A stretch of 64,000 bases of DNA, taken from IMG/VR virus record IMGVR_UViG_2630968701_000002, one strand, 5' to 3'. The translations under genes and the position numbers were made by a program. The notes beneath the pieces were generated by a model that saw only the letters and a list, made by a program, of their open reading frames with translations, was not told the DNA's origin and did no database searches. Positions 29,871 through 39,675 of the stretch are shown piece by piece. Every line of letters begins with the position of its first letter. Within the stretch, counting starts at the first letter, position 1. The DNA comes from a virus. Lineage: Duplodnaviria > Heunggongvirae > Uroviricota > Caudoviricetes.

Positions 29871-30815
29871 TTAATCACAAAGCACAGACGTAACGATCAT
29901 TTGATCATTATTATCCAGTAGATACACGATAGAATAGTCATTGTATCCAGGAGTAACAATGTCTTTTCCTAATGTCATATTAAGAACGTAATCGACATTT
30001 GCTTTTCCTTCTCGGATTTCATCGTTAATGCTAGATTCTCCAATAGCAAAATCAGGAAGCTGATATTCTTTCAGATTTAATTCTTTAAAAATCCATTCTT
30101 TCATTTCTTCAATGGATGAAAATCTCATGCCAACGATCTTACTGGACATTCTCCAAATATCTTTTTCTTTTAAATGAAGATCTAAACGATGTAGACCAAT
30201 TAAAGCTTTACACATTGCAATCTCAAGATTGGTTTTCCATTCAGGATCGGTAGGATCAATTTCATAATGACAAAATTCATCATGATCTGTTTCAAAATCG
30301 TCACCTGCTTTATTCATATCCATCCGGTAAATTGCACTGTAGTTTTCACCGTTTTCAATAATGCAGAATTCAAATTCTACACCAATATCATTAAACCATA
30401 TATACGCAGCTCCTGGAAGAGTTACTTCTCCAGAAAGCATTTCCTCTGAAATATTACATTCAAATTCATATTCTGGGTCAGTCATAAGGTTTACAACATC
30501 GCTATTTCCTCTTTCATGGGACATATACCAACTGATCTCCCGATTCGCAACAAGCTTTTGATCTTTTTTTAAACCATAATTGATCACAATTTTATCGGTT
30601 GTCACACGCTCCTTAAAATTATGTTTTTGAAGATAATCCAGTAGAGAAGCATATGTCCATTTTGAAAAAACATTGCAAATTTCGTCTTTTTTCTCTGAGA
30701 AAAGTTTCAATCTGATCTCAAACTGATCGGCAACAAAATCAATGGCATCTTTTTTCTTTTCAAATGAAAAAGTGTGTTTGTTATACTGGCTACTTTGAAC
30801 GATTACATAATACAT
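29871..30815 (-). CDS. hypothetical protein, paralog of 28784-29755
   Basis: 314 aa. PDFAIGESSINDEIREGKANVDYVLNMTLG matches the paralog's C-terminus. Has its own cassette. Confidence 0.5.
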   Translation of the reverse strand: MYYVIVQSSQYNKHTFSFEKKKDAIDFVADQFEIRLKLFSEKKDEICNVFSKWTYASLLDYLQKHNFKERVTTDKIVINYGLKKDQKLVANREISWYMSHERGNSDVVNLMTDPEYEFECNISEEMLSGEVTLPGAAYIWFNDIGVEFEFCIIENGENYSAIYRMDMNKAGDDFETDHDEFCHYEIDPTDPEWKTNLEIAMCKALIGLHRLDLHLKEKDIWRMSSKIVGMRFSSIEEMKEWIFKELNLKEYQLPDFAIGESSINDEIREGKANVDYVLNMTLGKDIVTPGYNDYSIVYLLDNNDQMIVTSVLCD

Positions 30816-30922
30816 ATTGGTTCTCCTTTTCTCTATGTCGTCATTTCTATTTACATATTAGATATGAGAGATGGAAAGAAAAATAAAAAAAAGGAGACCA
30901 TTACGATCCCCTTGAAATTTAA

Positions 30923-31330
30923 CTATACAATTAATTCTAATTTTTCTCCAAATACGCCCCCATGAGGAAATTTGCCAAGTTCTTCATTCTGACTGATCCG
31001 GTACCAGTCTATTCGATCTTTGAAACACCTTGTTAGAAATTCTGAGAAATTCCCATGAAAATCATCCTCAAAATCGGATAAATCAGGTTCTGCAACTGTT
31101 CCAGAAATATATGTTGCTCCATGTCCATCTACAAATTTTTGAATATTTGTCAGATAAACAACATCGTCTCCATTGATTGTTTTTACAAGTTTCGCATAAA
31201 TTTCCAGCAGCTCTGCTTTCTTCGCATGAACAGGAAATTCGAAATGTAACAGATTTAACTCGACATCATCGCATGTATAATTATGCAATACAGTTTCAAA
31301 AATTTTTTCATACGTATTCACTAGATCCAT
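30923..31330 (-). CDS. hypothetical protein
   Basis: 135-aa ORF. Confidence 0.45.
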   Translation of the reverse strand: MDLVNTYEKIFETVLHNYTCDDVELNLLHFEFPVHAKKAELLEIYAKLVKTINGDDVVYLTNIQKFVDGHGATYISGTVAEPDLSDFEDDFHGNFSEFLTRCFKDRIDWYRISQNEELGKFPHGGVFGEKLELIV

Positions 31331-31920
31331 TATTTTTCTCCTCCTGCATACTCATATTCCATGAATTCTTTGACTTCTTCTTCCGTCATAAGTGTGGCAA
31401 TGTCCGATAATTCTTCAATATGCTCTTCTGTAATGCCGATCATCCTTTTTGAAATATATTTGTCTGGAATCATCCATTCTTTGTCGATATCCCATACCAT
31501 ATATTCTGAAGGATTACATAAAACATTATCGCTTGTTAACAATGCATATTTGATCATTCCGTTACGTTTCACGTCAATAAACGCTTTCCCGTCATTATTG
31601 TCCTGTCCATTGAACATGAAATCATTTAAAGGCATATGCCAGTCAAATTCTTCATATTCTTTTAAAATGTTAGATGCAATAGTGATATCATACATATCGA
31701 AATTTGTATCTAAAATACGAACAAGTTTTTTTCGATTCTGGGATAAATATTGTCCAGGATCGGAATTTGTTAATTCTAAATGAGCTTTGATCCAAGCGAT
31801 CGTATGATACACTCTGCTGATCATTCTTTCTCCATAATTCCAATTGAAATATCTTGCGACAATCTCTTTTTCTCCAAGTTCCTTTTCAAATCTTACGAAA
31901 ATCTGTGATCTCTGTCCCAT
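31330..31920 (-). CDS. hypothetical protein
   Basis: Start refined to MGQRSQIFVRF (GGAGAA RBS). Confidence 0.45.
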   Translation of the reverse strand: MGQRSQIFVRFEKELGEKEIVARYFNWNYGERMISRVYHTIAWIKAHLELTNSDPGQYLSQNRKKLVRILDTNFDMYDITIASNILKEYEEFDWHMPLNDFMFNGQDNNDGKAFIDVKRNGMIKYALLTSDNVLCNPSEYMVWDIDKEWMIPDKYISKRMIGITEEHIEELSDIATLMTEEEVKEFMEYEYAGGEK

Positions 31921-31936
31921 AATTTTTCTCCTTTTC

Positions 31937-32200
31937 TTAAATTTCAACAACTTCCCATGTCCAGCAGCAATCTGCTGCATGATCTGTCACAATTCCTTTC
32001 GTTTCATCGATATCAAAGTCTATGTCATCCATAGAATTCCCACTATTAGCGATTTCTTCATCATATGTGTTTTTTACATCCATTTCCATACATGCAAAAG
32101 CCTCATCCTGTGAATGAAATTGATAGACTCCAGCTAATTTTTTCTCATGAACCGCATAACAAATTACTAAAAACATATTTCTTTCTCCCTTACAATTCAA
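31937..32200 (-). CDS. hypothetical small protein
   Basis: 87-aa ORF. Confidence 0.4.
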   Translation of the reverse strand: MNCKGERNMFLVICYAVHEKKLAGVYQFHSQDEAFACMEMDVKNTYDEEIANSGNSMDDIDFDIDETKGIVTDHAADCCWTWEVVEI

Positions 32201-32459
32201 AACTTACAGCATTACACTCAGCAGCCTCTGCTTCTGTTAAAAATTCCCATACTTCTTCAGGAACCATTACTTTTGTGGCTGATGAAAGATCATCATGAAT
32301 ATAGATCTCTACTTCTTTATGGGTCCCCAAGCAGATCTGAATACATGGGATATTGGATTCCTGATTTAATACCTGACGATACAGCCAGGTTAATGCTTCT
32401 GCAGACATATCTGCTTCTTTTTCCGTGTCAACATGGTAAACTACTGATCTTGAAATCAT
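32190..32459 (-). CDS. hypothetical small protein
   Basis: 89-aa ORF. Confidence 0.4.
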   Translation of the reverse strand: MISRSVVYHVDTEKEADMSAEALTWLYRQVLNQESNIPCIQICLGTHKEVEIYIHDDLSSATKVMVPEEVWEFLTEAEAAECNAVSFEL

Positions 32460-32601
32460 AATTGTTCTCCTTTCTTTCTCTTTTCGTCATAATCTTTTAC
32501 ATAACAAATATGAGATTTTGGAAGAAAAATAAAAATAGCTAACCATTTTTATTGATGTGTTTGCATGTTGATTTTCAATTATAATATGATATAATGTAAG
32601 T

Positions 32602-32805
32602 GTATTGAAAAATACATGTCGGTTTCGTGATTAAAAGGAACTGTTGAGTTAAAAGAATAGAATAAAGTTTATCAAAAGAATTATTATTTGATAAATCGGT
32701 CAATCTGAAAAGATTTGTTGAGTTTATGTTCTTTGCTGCAAAGAATTAAAATATGGGCAGAATGAAAGAGAGGGTATATCATTTATTGATATACCCTCAG
32801 TTTTT
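32602..32805 (+). ncRNA. candidate ~200-nt plus-strand small RNA
   Basis: Near-consensus promoter TTGATT (32568-32573), 16-nt spacer, TATAAT (32590-32595). Perfect 12-bp hairpin gagggtatatca/tgatataccctc followed by AGTTTTTT (32769-32805). No ORF longer than 12 codons. Confidence 0.4.
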
Positions 32806-33121
32806 TGTTATAAGGTTCCGTCCTTAACAAATATTCATACTCATCACAAATATACCATTTTTGAATTTCTGGAATGCTTTTGAAGATCTTTGTTCGGATT
32901 TCCCTTTTCTTATCCTTTTGTACAGCAACTCGTCCTTTGTAGTATATAACTGCCATCTCTTTTCGATTTCGATTAGTTTCGATTGTGCTTTTATGCAATA
33001 GCAGACATTCAACATGAAAATATCTGATTCTTCCAGCCCAATCGACCAATTCCATCCAAATATTATCTTCTTTAATCCCAGAAATTTTTACTTCTTTTCT
33101 TACTTCTTGCATATCGCTCAT
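32783..33121 (-). CDS. hypothetical protein
   Basis: 112-aa ORF. Confidence 0.4.
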   Translation of the reverse strand: MSDMQEVRKEVKISGIKEDNIWMELVDWAGRIRYFHVECLLLHKSTIETNRNRKEMAVIYYKGRVAVQKDKKREIRTKIFKSIPEIQKWYICDEYEYLLRTEPYNKKLRVYQ

Positions 33122-33213
33122 TTATTTCACCTCAGATTTATTTTATCATGAACATATGTTCGCTGTAAAGAAAAAAACAGGAAGAAAACTTCCTGCTTTT
33201 GCAATTCAAAGAT

Positions 33214-33723
33214 TTATTTTTCTTTTTGGTACCATTTTTTCCCATAGATACTCATCATTTGCAGATCGCCCTCAAAATTCTTTGAAATATAATGCAAAAA
33301 ACTGTATAAGAAATACAAGATTTCTTCTTGCATGATTGATGTGTTTTTCATATATTCATGAAGAAAACAACTTCCAATACTGTCAACATCAACTTCATCA
33401 TTACAGTATTTCAAAAAGAAATTCGCATCCGATAGTCGAATCCATTTTGATTTTTCAACAGTGTGTGTTATTCGATCCTGTTTATATAAATCTAAACATG
33501 AGTCATATCGAATTGTATAAGCTGCAATATTACACAAGGAATCCATAACAATATCGTTTTTCTCTGCATATGATACGAAATCCATCGATGGTTTATAAAT
33601 TCCATGTTTCAGCATTTGGACAAAGAATATATGCAACATTTGTGCTCGCTCTATAATTGGCGTAGTATCTGCTTTCAAAATATTATATAAATCTTCTTCT
33701 AATTGTGTCATGATCGAAATCAC
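33214..33723 (-). CDS. hypothetical protein
   Basis: 169-aa ORF. Confidence 0.45.
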   Translation of the reverse strand: MISIMTQLEEDLYNILKADTTPIIERAQMLHIFFVQMLKHGIYKPSMDFVSYAEKNDIVMDSLCNIAAYTIRYDSCLDLYKQDRITHTVEKSKWIRLSDANFFLKYCNDEVDVDSIGSCFLHEYMKNTSIMQEEILYFLYSFLHYISKNFEGDLQMMSIYGKKWYQKEK

Positions 33724-33821
33724 CCTTTCTCAAATTCGTCATCTAGTTACGGATTAAATATGACAGATGAGAAAAAAGATAAAGATTACATATGAGAAAA
33801 AGAGACCTGCTTGTGCAAGTC

Positions 33822-34505
33822 TCATTCTTCTGTTGCGTAAACATAAGTACGATTTCCGTTTCTTTCATAGCTGCATGTTACGAAAGTATATAAATGCTTT
33901 TTGATCTTTCTGCTTGGAATCGTGCTTTTTGCAAGAATTCTTTGATAAAATCGTTGCTGGTCCTTTTGATTGCCAAAGTCAATAGGAACACTTGTTGCTG
34001 GTCCAGCATAAGCAGACACGACTTTTAATTTCCTTGTTTCGCCTGGCAGATATAAGATGATTCTACGATGCTTTTTTACAAAAGAATCCTCTCTGAATTT
34101 TACCAATTGAGCAAACATTGTCCCATTTCGCATATGATGCCCATAAATCACGCTATTATCTGAAGAAAAATCCTGATGACAATGACTATCTAAGAAGATG
34201 CATCCAGCGAAATTATAATTTTTCCGAAAGGTATGATGCATATATTCTTCATTATCTTTTCCTTGTACAACTGGATAATCGATATTCGTTCCAGGAACTT
34301 CAATCCATGCAACGATATCTGGATTGATCTTATGCAATCTTTCAAAATCAATACTTCTTTCTTTTTTCTTCTTCATTTTTTTGATCTTTTGGTATTCATG
34401 ATCGGCTTTCTGATATTCTACATGTAAATTCCAAGCTTTATAACCGAAAAATATGGCAACTATAAAGCATGCGATCATCCCGATCGTAGGGACTGTCTTT
34501 TTCAT
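33822..34505 (-). CDS. srtB: class B sortase
   Basis: N-terminal TM segment. INPDIVAWIEVPGTNIDYPVVQ. Catalytic His region. C-terminal TFVTCS (TLxTC-like) motif. Confidence 0.65.
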   Translation of the reverse strand: MKKTVPTIGMIACFIVAIFFGYKAWNLHVEYQKADHEYQKIKKMKKKKERSIDFERLHKINPDIVAWIEVPGTNIDYPVVQGKDNEEYMHHTFRKNYNFAGCIFLDSHCHQDFSSDNSVIYGHHMRNGTMFAQLVKFREDSFVKKHRRIILYLPGETRKLKVVSAYAGPATSVPIDFGNQKDQQRFYQRILAKSTIPSRKIKKHLYTFVTCSYERNGNRTYVYATEE

Positions 34506-34814
34506 TCAAAAGTACCTCCTCATATCAAATATGAGAGATATTATTTGAAAAATCGTTCTTTCATTTTTGCTTTCCAAAAGATCCACCTCATCTTTATCCG
34601 AAATTTTAAACTCGGCTCCCATTCTGCTTTGATCTCATTTTGTTCGATCTTTTTTATTTCATCTTCTATCCAAAGTTTTGCAGCTTTTTTCATTTCGTCA
34701 TTCATAATTTGTCTCCTTTTTTTTGTATATATTTTCCGTTACATTATACAAAGCATTCAAATTACAAAAAGGGGAAGAAAAAAATAAAATTTTTTCGAAA
34801 ATACGTTCTGATTG

Positions 34815-34844
34815 TTGACTTATAAAACCAAGATATAGTAATAT
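34815..34844 (+). promoter_or_regulatory. sigma-A-like promoter for the plus-strand gene 34979-35275
   Basis: TTGACT, 18-nt spacer, TAATAT. Confidence 0.4.
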
Positions 34845-34978
34845 AGTCATGTAGAGGTTTTATACTTCTTATAATATTACCATGTATCTTAATTTTTTGA
34901 AGCAGCTATGATCTCCCCATTTTGTAGCTGCTTTCAGTTTTATAGATACAATTTTTCAGAAAGGCATGGAGAAAATTT

Positions 34979-35275
34979 ATGAAGATCAAAATTGAAGGAG
35001 AAAAATTACTTTTTATTGACTTTCCATTTAAAACAAAAGAAGTAGGAATATCGTTTATCAATTCTGGTGTTGCTATTTATGATGAACCAATCAAAAATTT
35101 AGAAAATTGGCAGATGAATGTAAAAGTGGAAGATGGAGTTTGTGTAGATCAAAAGGCAGCAGATATGATGTTAGGATATTTTAATGGCATTACAGAAATG
35201 ACATTTACTCAGACACCAACTGGTTCTTATATTTGTCGCACGAAATCTACAACTCAAATAGATCAACTAAATTAG
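34979..35275 (+). CDS. hypothetical protein (one of very few plus-strand genes)
   Basis: 98-aa ORF with GGAGAA RBS, convergent with lexA. An imperfect hairpin/T-tract lies between them. Confidence 0.45.
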   Translation: MKIKIEGEKLLFIDFPFKTKEVGISFINSGVAIYDEPIKNLENWQMNVKVEDGVCVDQKAADMMLGYFNGITEMTFTQTPTGSYICRTKSTTQIDQLN

Positions 35276-35331
35276 TTTTTATAATTACACGAAAAAAGAG
35301 ATCCGCATCATTTTTGCGAGTCTCTTTTTCT

Positions 35332-35970
35332 TTAAAATGATCGATACGATCCAATAACTTTTCCTATTATTGATACTTCTGAAACAATGATTGGATCCAT
35401 AGTATCATTTTCTGGTTGTAAACGATAATATCCATTCTCTTTATAAAATCGTTTTACTGTTGCAGAATCTCCTAACAAAGCAACAACAATATCTCCATTT
35501 TCAGCAGTTGTTGTCTGTTCAACCAATACCATATCTCCATCAAAAATACCAGCCTTGATCATACTTTCTCCATGCACTCGAAGCATAAAATGAGGAACAT
35601 CATGACATCGAATTGCTGGGACTGGAAAATAATCTTCAACATTTTGCACTGCAAGAATCGGCTCTCCTGCTGTGACTGTTCCGATAATTGGAACAAAATC
35701 AACTTTATGCTCTAAATCTTTAATAACTTTTGCTTCATTTTCAATGTCATCAATTATTTCAATTGTTCTCGGTTTTGTTGGATCTTTCTTGATATATCCT
35801 TTTCTTTCCAAATTTTCAATATGAGCATGAACAGAAGATGGAGAGCTTAAACCAATTGCTTTCCCTATTTCTCTTACAGAAGGCGGATATCCTTGTTCTG
35901 CTACTTTTTCCCGGATAAAATCATATGCTCGTTGTTGCTGTTCTGTTAATTTTTCTCTTTGTTCTGGCAT
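35332..35970 (-). CDS. lexA: LexA repressor (S24 peptidase)
   Basis: HTH GYPPSVREIGKAIGLSSPSSVHAHIENLERKGYI. Catalytic Ser in VHGESM. Lys in TVKRF. Start refined to MPEQREKLT (GGAGG RBS). Confidence 0.9.
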   Translation of the reverse strand: MPEQREKLTEQQQRAYDFIREKVAEQGYPPSVREIGKAIGLSSPSSVHAHIENLERKGYIKKDPTKPRTIEIIDDIENEAKVIKDLEHKVDFVPIIGTVTAGEPILAVQNVEDYFPVPAIRCHDVPHFMLRVHGESMIKAGIFDGDMVLVEQTTTAENGDIVVALLGDSATVKRFYKENGYYRLQPENDTMDPIIVSEVSIIGKVIGSYRSF

Positions 35971-36020
35971 CTTCGATACCTCCGTAATTCTAATATTTTC
36001 TCCAAACTTCAAAAGACTCT

Positions 36021-36257
36021 CTACCCAACTTTGATCATATCATCAATTTCTACATCTGCCTGTGTTATGATATCTCCTGTCTCTTCATTATGAAACAAGA
36101 AAAATGCATGTCCACCATCTTCAGATACATTCAAGATCTGATATTTTGTAGGAAATGAAGCATCAAAAAGTGTTACCTGCACCTGATCTCCTTCTTTAAA
36201 AATGCCACACTCTGTATTATATTCTTTCTTTTCTCGATCAATATCATATACTCTCAT
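36021..36257 (-). CDS. hypothetical small protein in the lexA operon
   Basis: 78-aa ORF. Confidence 0.4.
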   Translation of the reverse strand: MRVYDIDREKKEYNTECGIFKEGDQVQVTLFDASFPTKYQILNVSEDGGHAFFLFHNEETGDIITQADVEIDDMIKVG

Positions 36258-36275
36258 TATTGTCCTCCTAATCTG

Positions 36276-36722
36276 TCATATAAGTTTTGAGCGGGAAAAC
36301 TCACAGGCTTGCCTGTGGGCATTAATAAGTGATATCTCATACAAATTTTTTATCATAATTCGTTTATTATCCATAAAGATGATTTCTTTTTTCTTTTGAT
36401 CGATCCATTTGACCTTTCCATTGTATACTTCATATATTCCTCCGGCTTTACGAAGATCTGAAACGAAATATGTGACATCTATCGTAGGATGATTTGATAT
36501 ATTTGCAAAGATCCATTGCAGATGCTGATCAATCTGCTCTTTTTGTGCTTCAGTCAGAATTCTTTTCGGTTCTACAATTCTCTGCACTTCTTCATATCTT
36601 TCCTTTTGTCCTTTCAATGCTGCAAATGGAGCAAACTGTGCTGCTCTACTTTGCATGGACATTTGCGGATGTCTTTTTGATACATGATGAGGCAGATCTA
36701 TGATATCGTCATATTTGCCCAT
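36276..36722 (-). CDS. hypothetical protein, first gene of the lexA operon (possibly YolD-like)
   Basis: Start refined to MGKYDD (GGAGGG RBS). Contains MSMQSRAAQFAPFAAL. Confidence 0.4.
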   Translation of the reverse strand: MGKYDDIIDLPHHVSKRHPQMSMQSRAAQFAPFAALKGQKERYEEVQRIVEPKRILTEAQKEQIDQHLQWIFANISNHPTIDVTYFVSDLRKAGGIYEVYNGKVKWIDQKKKEIIFMDNKRIMIKNLYEISLINAHRQACEFSRSKLI

Positions 36723-36736
36723 AAACTTCTCCCTCC

Positions 36737-36785
36737 CGAACATATATTCTATTTTGATTATAACATCTTCCCTCTTTAATTGCAA
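36737..36785 (-). promoter_or_regulatory. SOS-regulated promoter: TTGCAA-17-TATAAT with a Cheo-type LexA box over the transcription start
   Basis: Minus-strand reading: TTGCAA (36780-36785), 17-nt spacer, TATAAT (36757-36762), then AGAATATATGTTCG (36737-36750), compared with the Firmicutes consensus CGAACATATGTTCG. Confidence 0.55.
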
Positions 36786-37002
36786 ACGAAAAACTCTGGC
36801 AGTTTCTTCCACCAGAGTCTATTCTTTATAATTCAACATCTGAAATATCGATATCTTCAATTTCTACGTATCTTCATCTGTGCGATTTTCTTCGTTATCT
36901 GATCCGCTCCAGTAATTCACTGTCATTCCAACAATCTTGATATTTATTTGCAACATGATTGACTAGTTCTATAGGATAACATTTTTTCATAATATTTTTC
37001 TC

Positions 37003-37917
37003 CTAATGCACACATTTCCTACATGCTGTATATCCACGTTTGATTGCTTCAGATTTTGTGAACTTGCTTGGATTCCTCATATTACTACATGATTTTTTAT
37101 AATGATATTTTTTTCCAGTACGTGGAATCCAGACATACTTTACATTTTTATTTACCTTTGGAGCTTTTGTTGTTTTATACTTTTTCTTAGTTGATTTTGT
37201 TGTCTTTGTTACTTTCTGTCCACTGAGATGACTAGATCCATCCTTGTAGTTAATTACAATGCCATTCTGTACATTGAAAACAAATACGTTGAATTTAATA
37301 CCTTTTCCTTTGTCTTCAATGGATTGAGCTTCCATTTTAACGCCTCTGGCAAGCTTTTCCTTACCTTTGAATACAGGTGTTACTCGATACAACACATGAT
37401 TTCCTGTTTCTTTTACATAATCAGCAACCATATTTTCAAATGGCAACATCCCGTCCACATTTAATGCCCTTGTTCCTGTGATCAGGTTCTTCTTATTCGC
37501 ATTTTCTCCAGTTAACTGGTACCCAATTAGATGACAACGATTATAAAGATATTTTCCATTGACACAATCATATTTAACTGTATGCCATCCTGTTGGCTTG
37601 ATCATTCCAATTGCTCCTCTTTCCGTTGTTGGCATTAGATTCCTGCCAACATTGGCAATGGCTGTTGTACATCTTCCATACTTATCGAGCTTCCCATATT
37701 TTTCATAGGATTTTCTGTTCTTAAGTTGTGTTTTTGAAAACTTAGGTCTGTTTTTGTTCTGTGCTACATAAATCTTTCCTGTATATTTTGGAATTGTTGC
37801 AGCTTCGACTGTTACTGTTGTCTTAGAGTTGCTGATGATCGGACTGATATTCACACTAGTGATCATTGTGATTGATAATACAAATGTAAGCATTATCTTT
37901 TGAATTCGTTTTTTCAT
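37003..37917 (-). CDS. secreted DNA/RNA non-specific endonuclease (EndA/NucA-like)
   Basis: Signal peptide/TM at the N-terminus. Motif NRCHLIGYQLTGENANKKNLITGTRALN...MLPFENMV. Basic Cys-containing C-terminal tail. Confidence 0.55.
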   Translation of the reverse strand: MKKRIQKIMLTFVLSITMITSVNISPIISNSKTTVTVEAATIPKYTGKIYVAQNKNRPKFSKTQLKNRKSYEKYGKLDKYGRCTTAIANVGRNLMPTTERGAIGMIKPTGWHTVKYDCVNGKYLYNRCHLIGYQLTGENANKKNLITGTRALNVDGMLPFENMVADYVKETGNHVLYRVTPVFKGKEKLARGVKMEAQSIEDKGKGIKFNVFVFNVQNGIVINYKDGSSHLSGQKVTKTTKSTKKKYKTTKAPKVNKNVKYVWIPRTGKKYHYKKSCSNMRNPSKFTKSEAIKRGYTACRKCVH

Positions 37918-37981
37918 AGTTTTACACTTCCTTTCTTATGTACCATTATATATTATTTTTATATGTGAAGCCTCACACGAC

Positions 37982-38240
37982 TAAAGTCGCGTGCTTCCCC
38001 TTAAGTATGTATATATATACATAGTCTCTTTAGGAGACGGGGACTTCATTTCTACAGATACAGCCAAAACTCAGAATTCTTATGACACGAAGGACATAAG
38101 CTCCGCATTCAGGCTAATTAACGTAGACCATGTGCAGGTGCTTCTCTTACTGCATGGAGGAACTTTTGCCTCCATGAGCAACCTCTCATTCTCAGGCAAG
38201 GATTTTAAGATCTCCCGGATAAAATACCGGGCTCCGATGT
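37982..38240 (-). ncRNA. candidate TnpB omega/right-end RNA
   Basis: Same reasoning as for copy 1. Confidence 0.4.
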
Positions 38241-39420
38241 TATAAGATGCGGAAAGATCGCAGTTGTAGACTTTTCCGTTCTGGAACTGGCAGACACTGT
38301 AAGATGAAAATTCTGCCTGTTTTCCGCGCAGGACTCGTCCACTCCCATCATAAGCCAGTCTGGAAGTGTTCCAGGCACAGATCCGGGCGATATGCATTCC
38401 CAGACGATGTGCTTTATCCGTTACGATCCTCTGGACTTCCTGACTCTTCCACAGGTGCAGCCGCTGTTTTCTGGAACCGCGTTTCTTTCCTTTCTTTTCT
38501 AAATATTCAAAGACGATGGCGTCTGCGTTGTAAAGGGTTGCGACATCCATGATAAACTCTGCAGTTTTGACAGAGATTTCATGATTGATCCCGTTCACTT
38601 TTGCCCATAACCTCGGCATCTTGCGGTTTCCATGCTGCTGTGCTTTCTTGATCCGGTTGATGCTGTGCGTCAGACAGTCTTGTTCCTTTGGAAGTTTCAA
38701 GAAATGTCTTCCAAGGATAGTGCCGTCACTACGCATCACACTGACCGTTGCAGCAGAGTTGATCCCAAGATCGACCGCACAGATGATCCGGTCCGCAACG
38801 TCTGTATCACATAATTCGATATATTCTTTCATAGGAAAATCCAGGAACCATTCATCTCCACGCTTCTGCAGGATCGGAGAACAATGTTTCCTTGCCTTGC
38901 ATCTGCGTTCGATATAATCCATGTCAGATCTTCGGAGCTTGATCGTCAGCCAGTCCCAGGTGTTGCGGATATAGACTTTGATCCTTGCTTCATATTTTCC
39001 AGTCTGCTGATACATATTTCCACGATACATACATGGATAAGAGTACCCAGCTTTTGGAAAGGAAGGCTTTCTTCCACGGATCTTTGGATCTTCTTCTTTC
39101 CAGTTTTTCAGATTACTTTTATAAGAAGAAACCTTCCCGATCGCATCACTGATCGCACTCCTACGAAGATAGCTTGGAAGTTTATAGAACTTCCGATCAA
39201 ATGACTCATATGACACTTCTGGGTTTCGCTTTGTCCTGTGACATAATCTCTCAACATAAATGACCGGAGAACATAAATAGTCTTCCTTGCGGATGTCTTC
39301 CCATTTCTGAAGACAAACCTGGATCATAAAATCGACAGCTTCCCGATACACAGATACTGTTTTTTTAAAGATATGATTGTAATTTTTAATTTTAGCACTG
39401 TATGTTGAAAATATCCGCAT
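38080..39420 (-). CDS. tnpB: TnpB RNA-guided nuclease (IS605 OrfB)
   Basis: 446 aa with RuvC motifs and a zinc finger. Single ORF, unlike copy 1. Confidence 0.85.
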   Translation of the reverse strand: MRIFSTYSAKIKNYNHIFKKTVSVYREAVDFMIQVCLQKWEDIRKEDYLCSPVIYVERLCHRTKRNPEVSYESFDRKFYKLPSYLRRSAISDAIGKVSSYKSNLKNWKEEDPKIRGRKPSFPKAGYSYPCMYRGNMYQQTGKYEARIKVYIRNTWDWLTIKLRRSDMDYIERRCKARKHCSPILQKRGDEWFLDFPMKEYIELCDTDVADRIICAVDLGINSAATVSVMRSDGTILGRHFLKLPKEQDCLTHSINRIKKAQQHGNRKMPRLWAKVNGINHEISVKTAEFIMDVATLYNADAIVFEYLEKKGKKRGSRKQRLHLWKSQEVQRIVTDKAHRLGMHIARICAWNTSRLAYDGSGRVLRGKQAEFSSYSVCQFQNGKVYNCDLSASYNIGARYFIREILKSLPENERLLMEAKVPPCSKRSTCTWSTLISLNAELMSFVS

Positions 39421-39675
39421 ATCGAACAGCTCCTTTCTTATTTTTCCTCTTTCCTTAAATATGAGATTTATGAAAAAAGATATCTTTCATATATAAAAAT
39501 CTTCTTTAAAAGGAAGCGTTACCTAACTCATGACTAAAGTCACGAGAGTGCGGTAAATGCTCTTCAAAAAAGTATTTCTTGCATTTTCGAAAAATAGTGA
39601 TATACTTAATTCATGGATTAACATCCTGGAAGACATCCTTATTACATAATATACAAGTCTTCCTATATACTCCCC

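Larger units (their letters stand above)
37982..39556 (-). mobile_element. IS200/IS605-family TnpB-only element (family A), copy 2 (intact)
   Basis: Second copy of 7545-9117. Carries its own cassette-like promoter upstream of tnpB (39440-39500). Confidence 0.75.
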
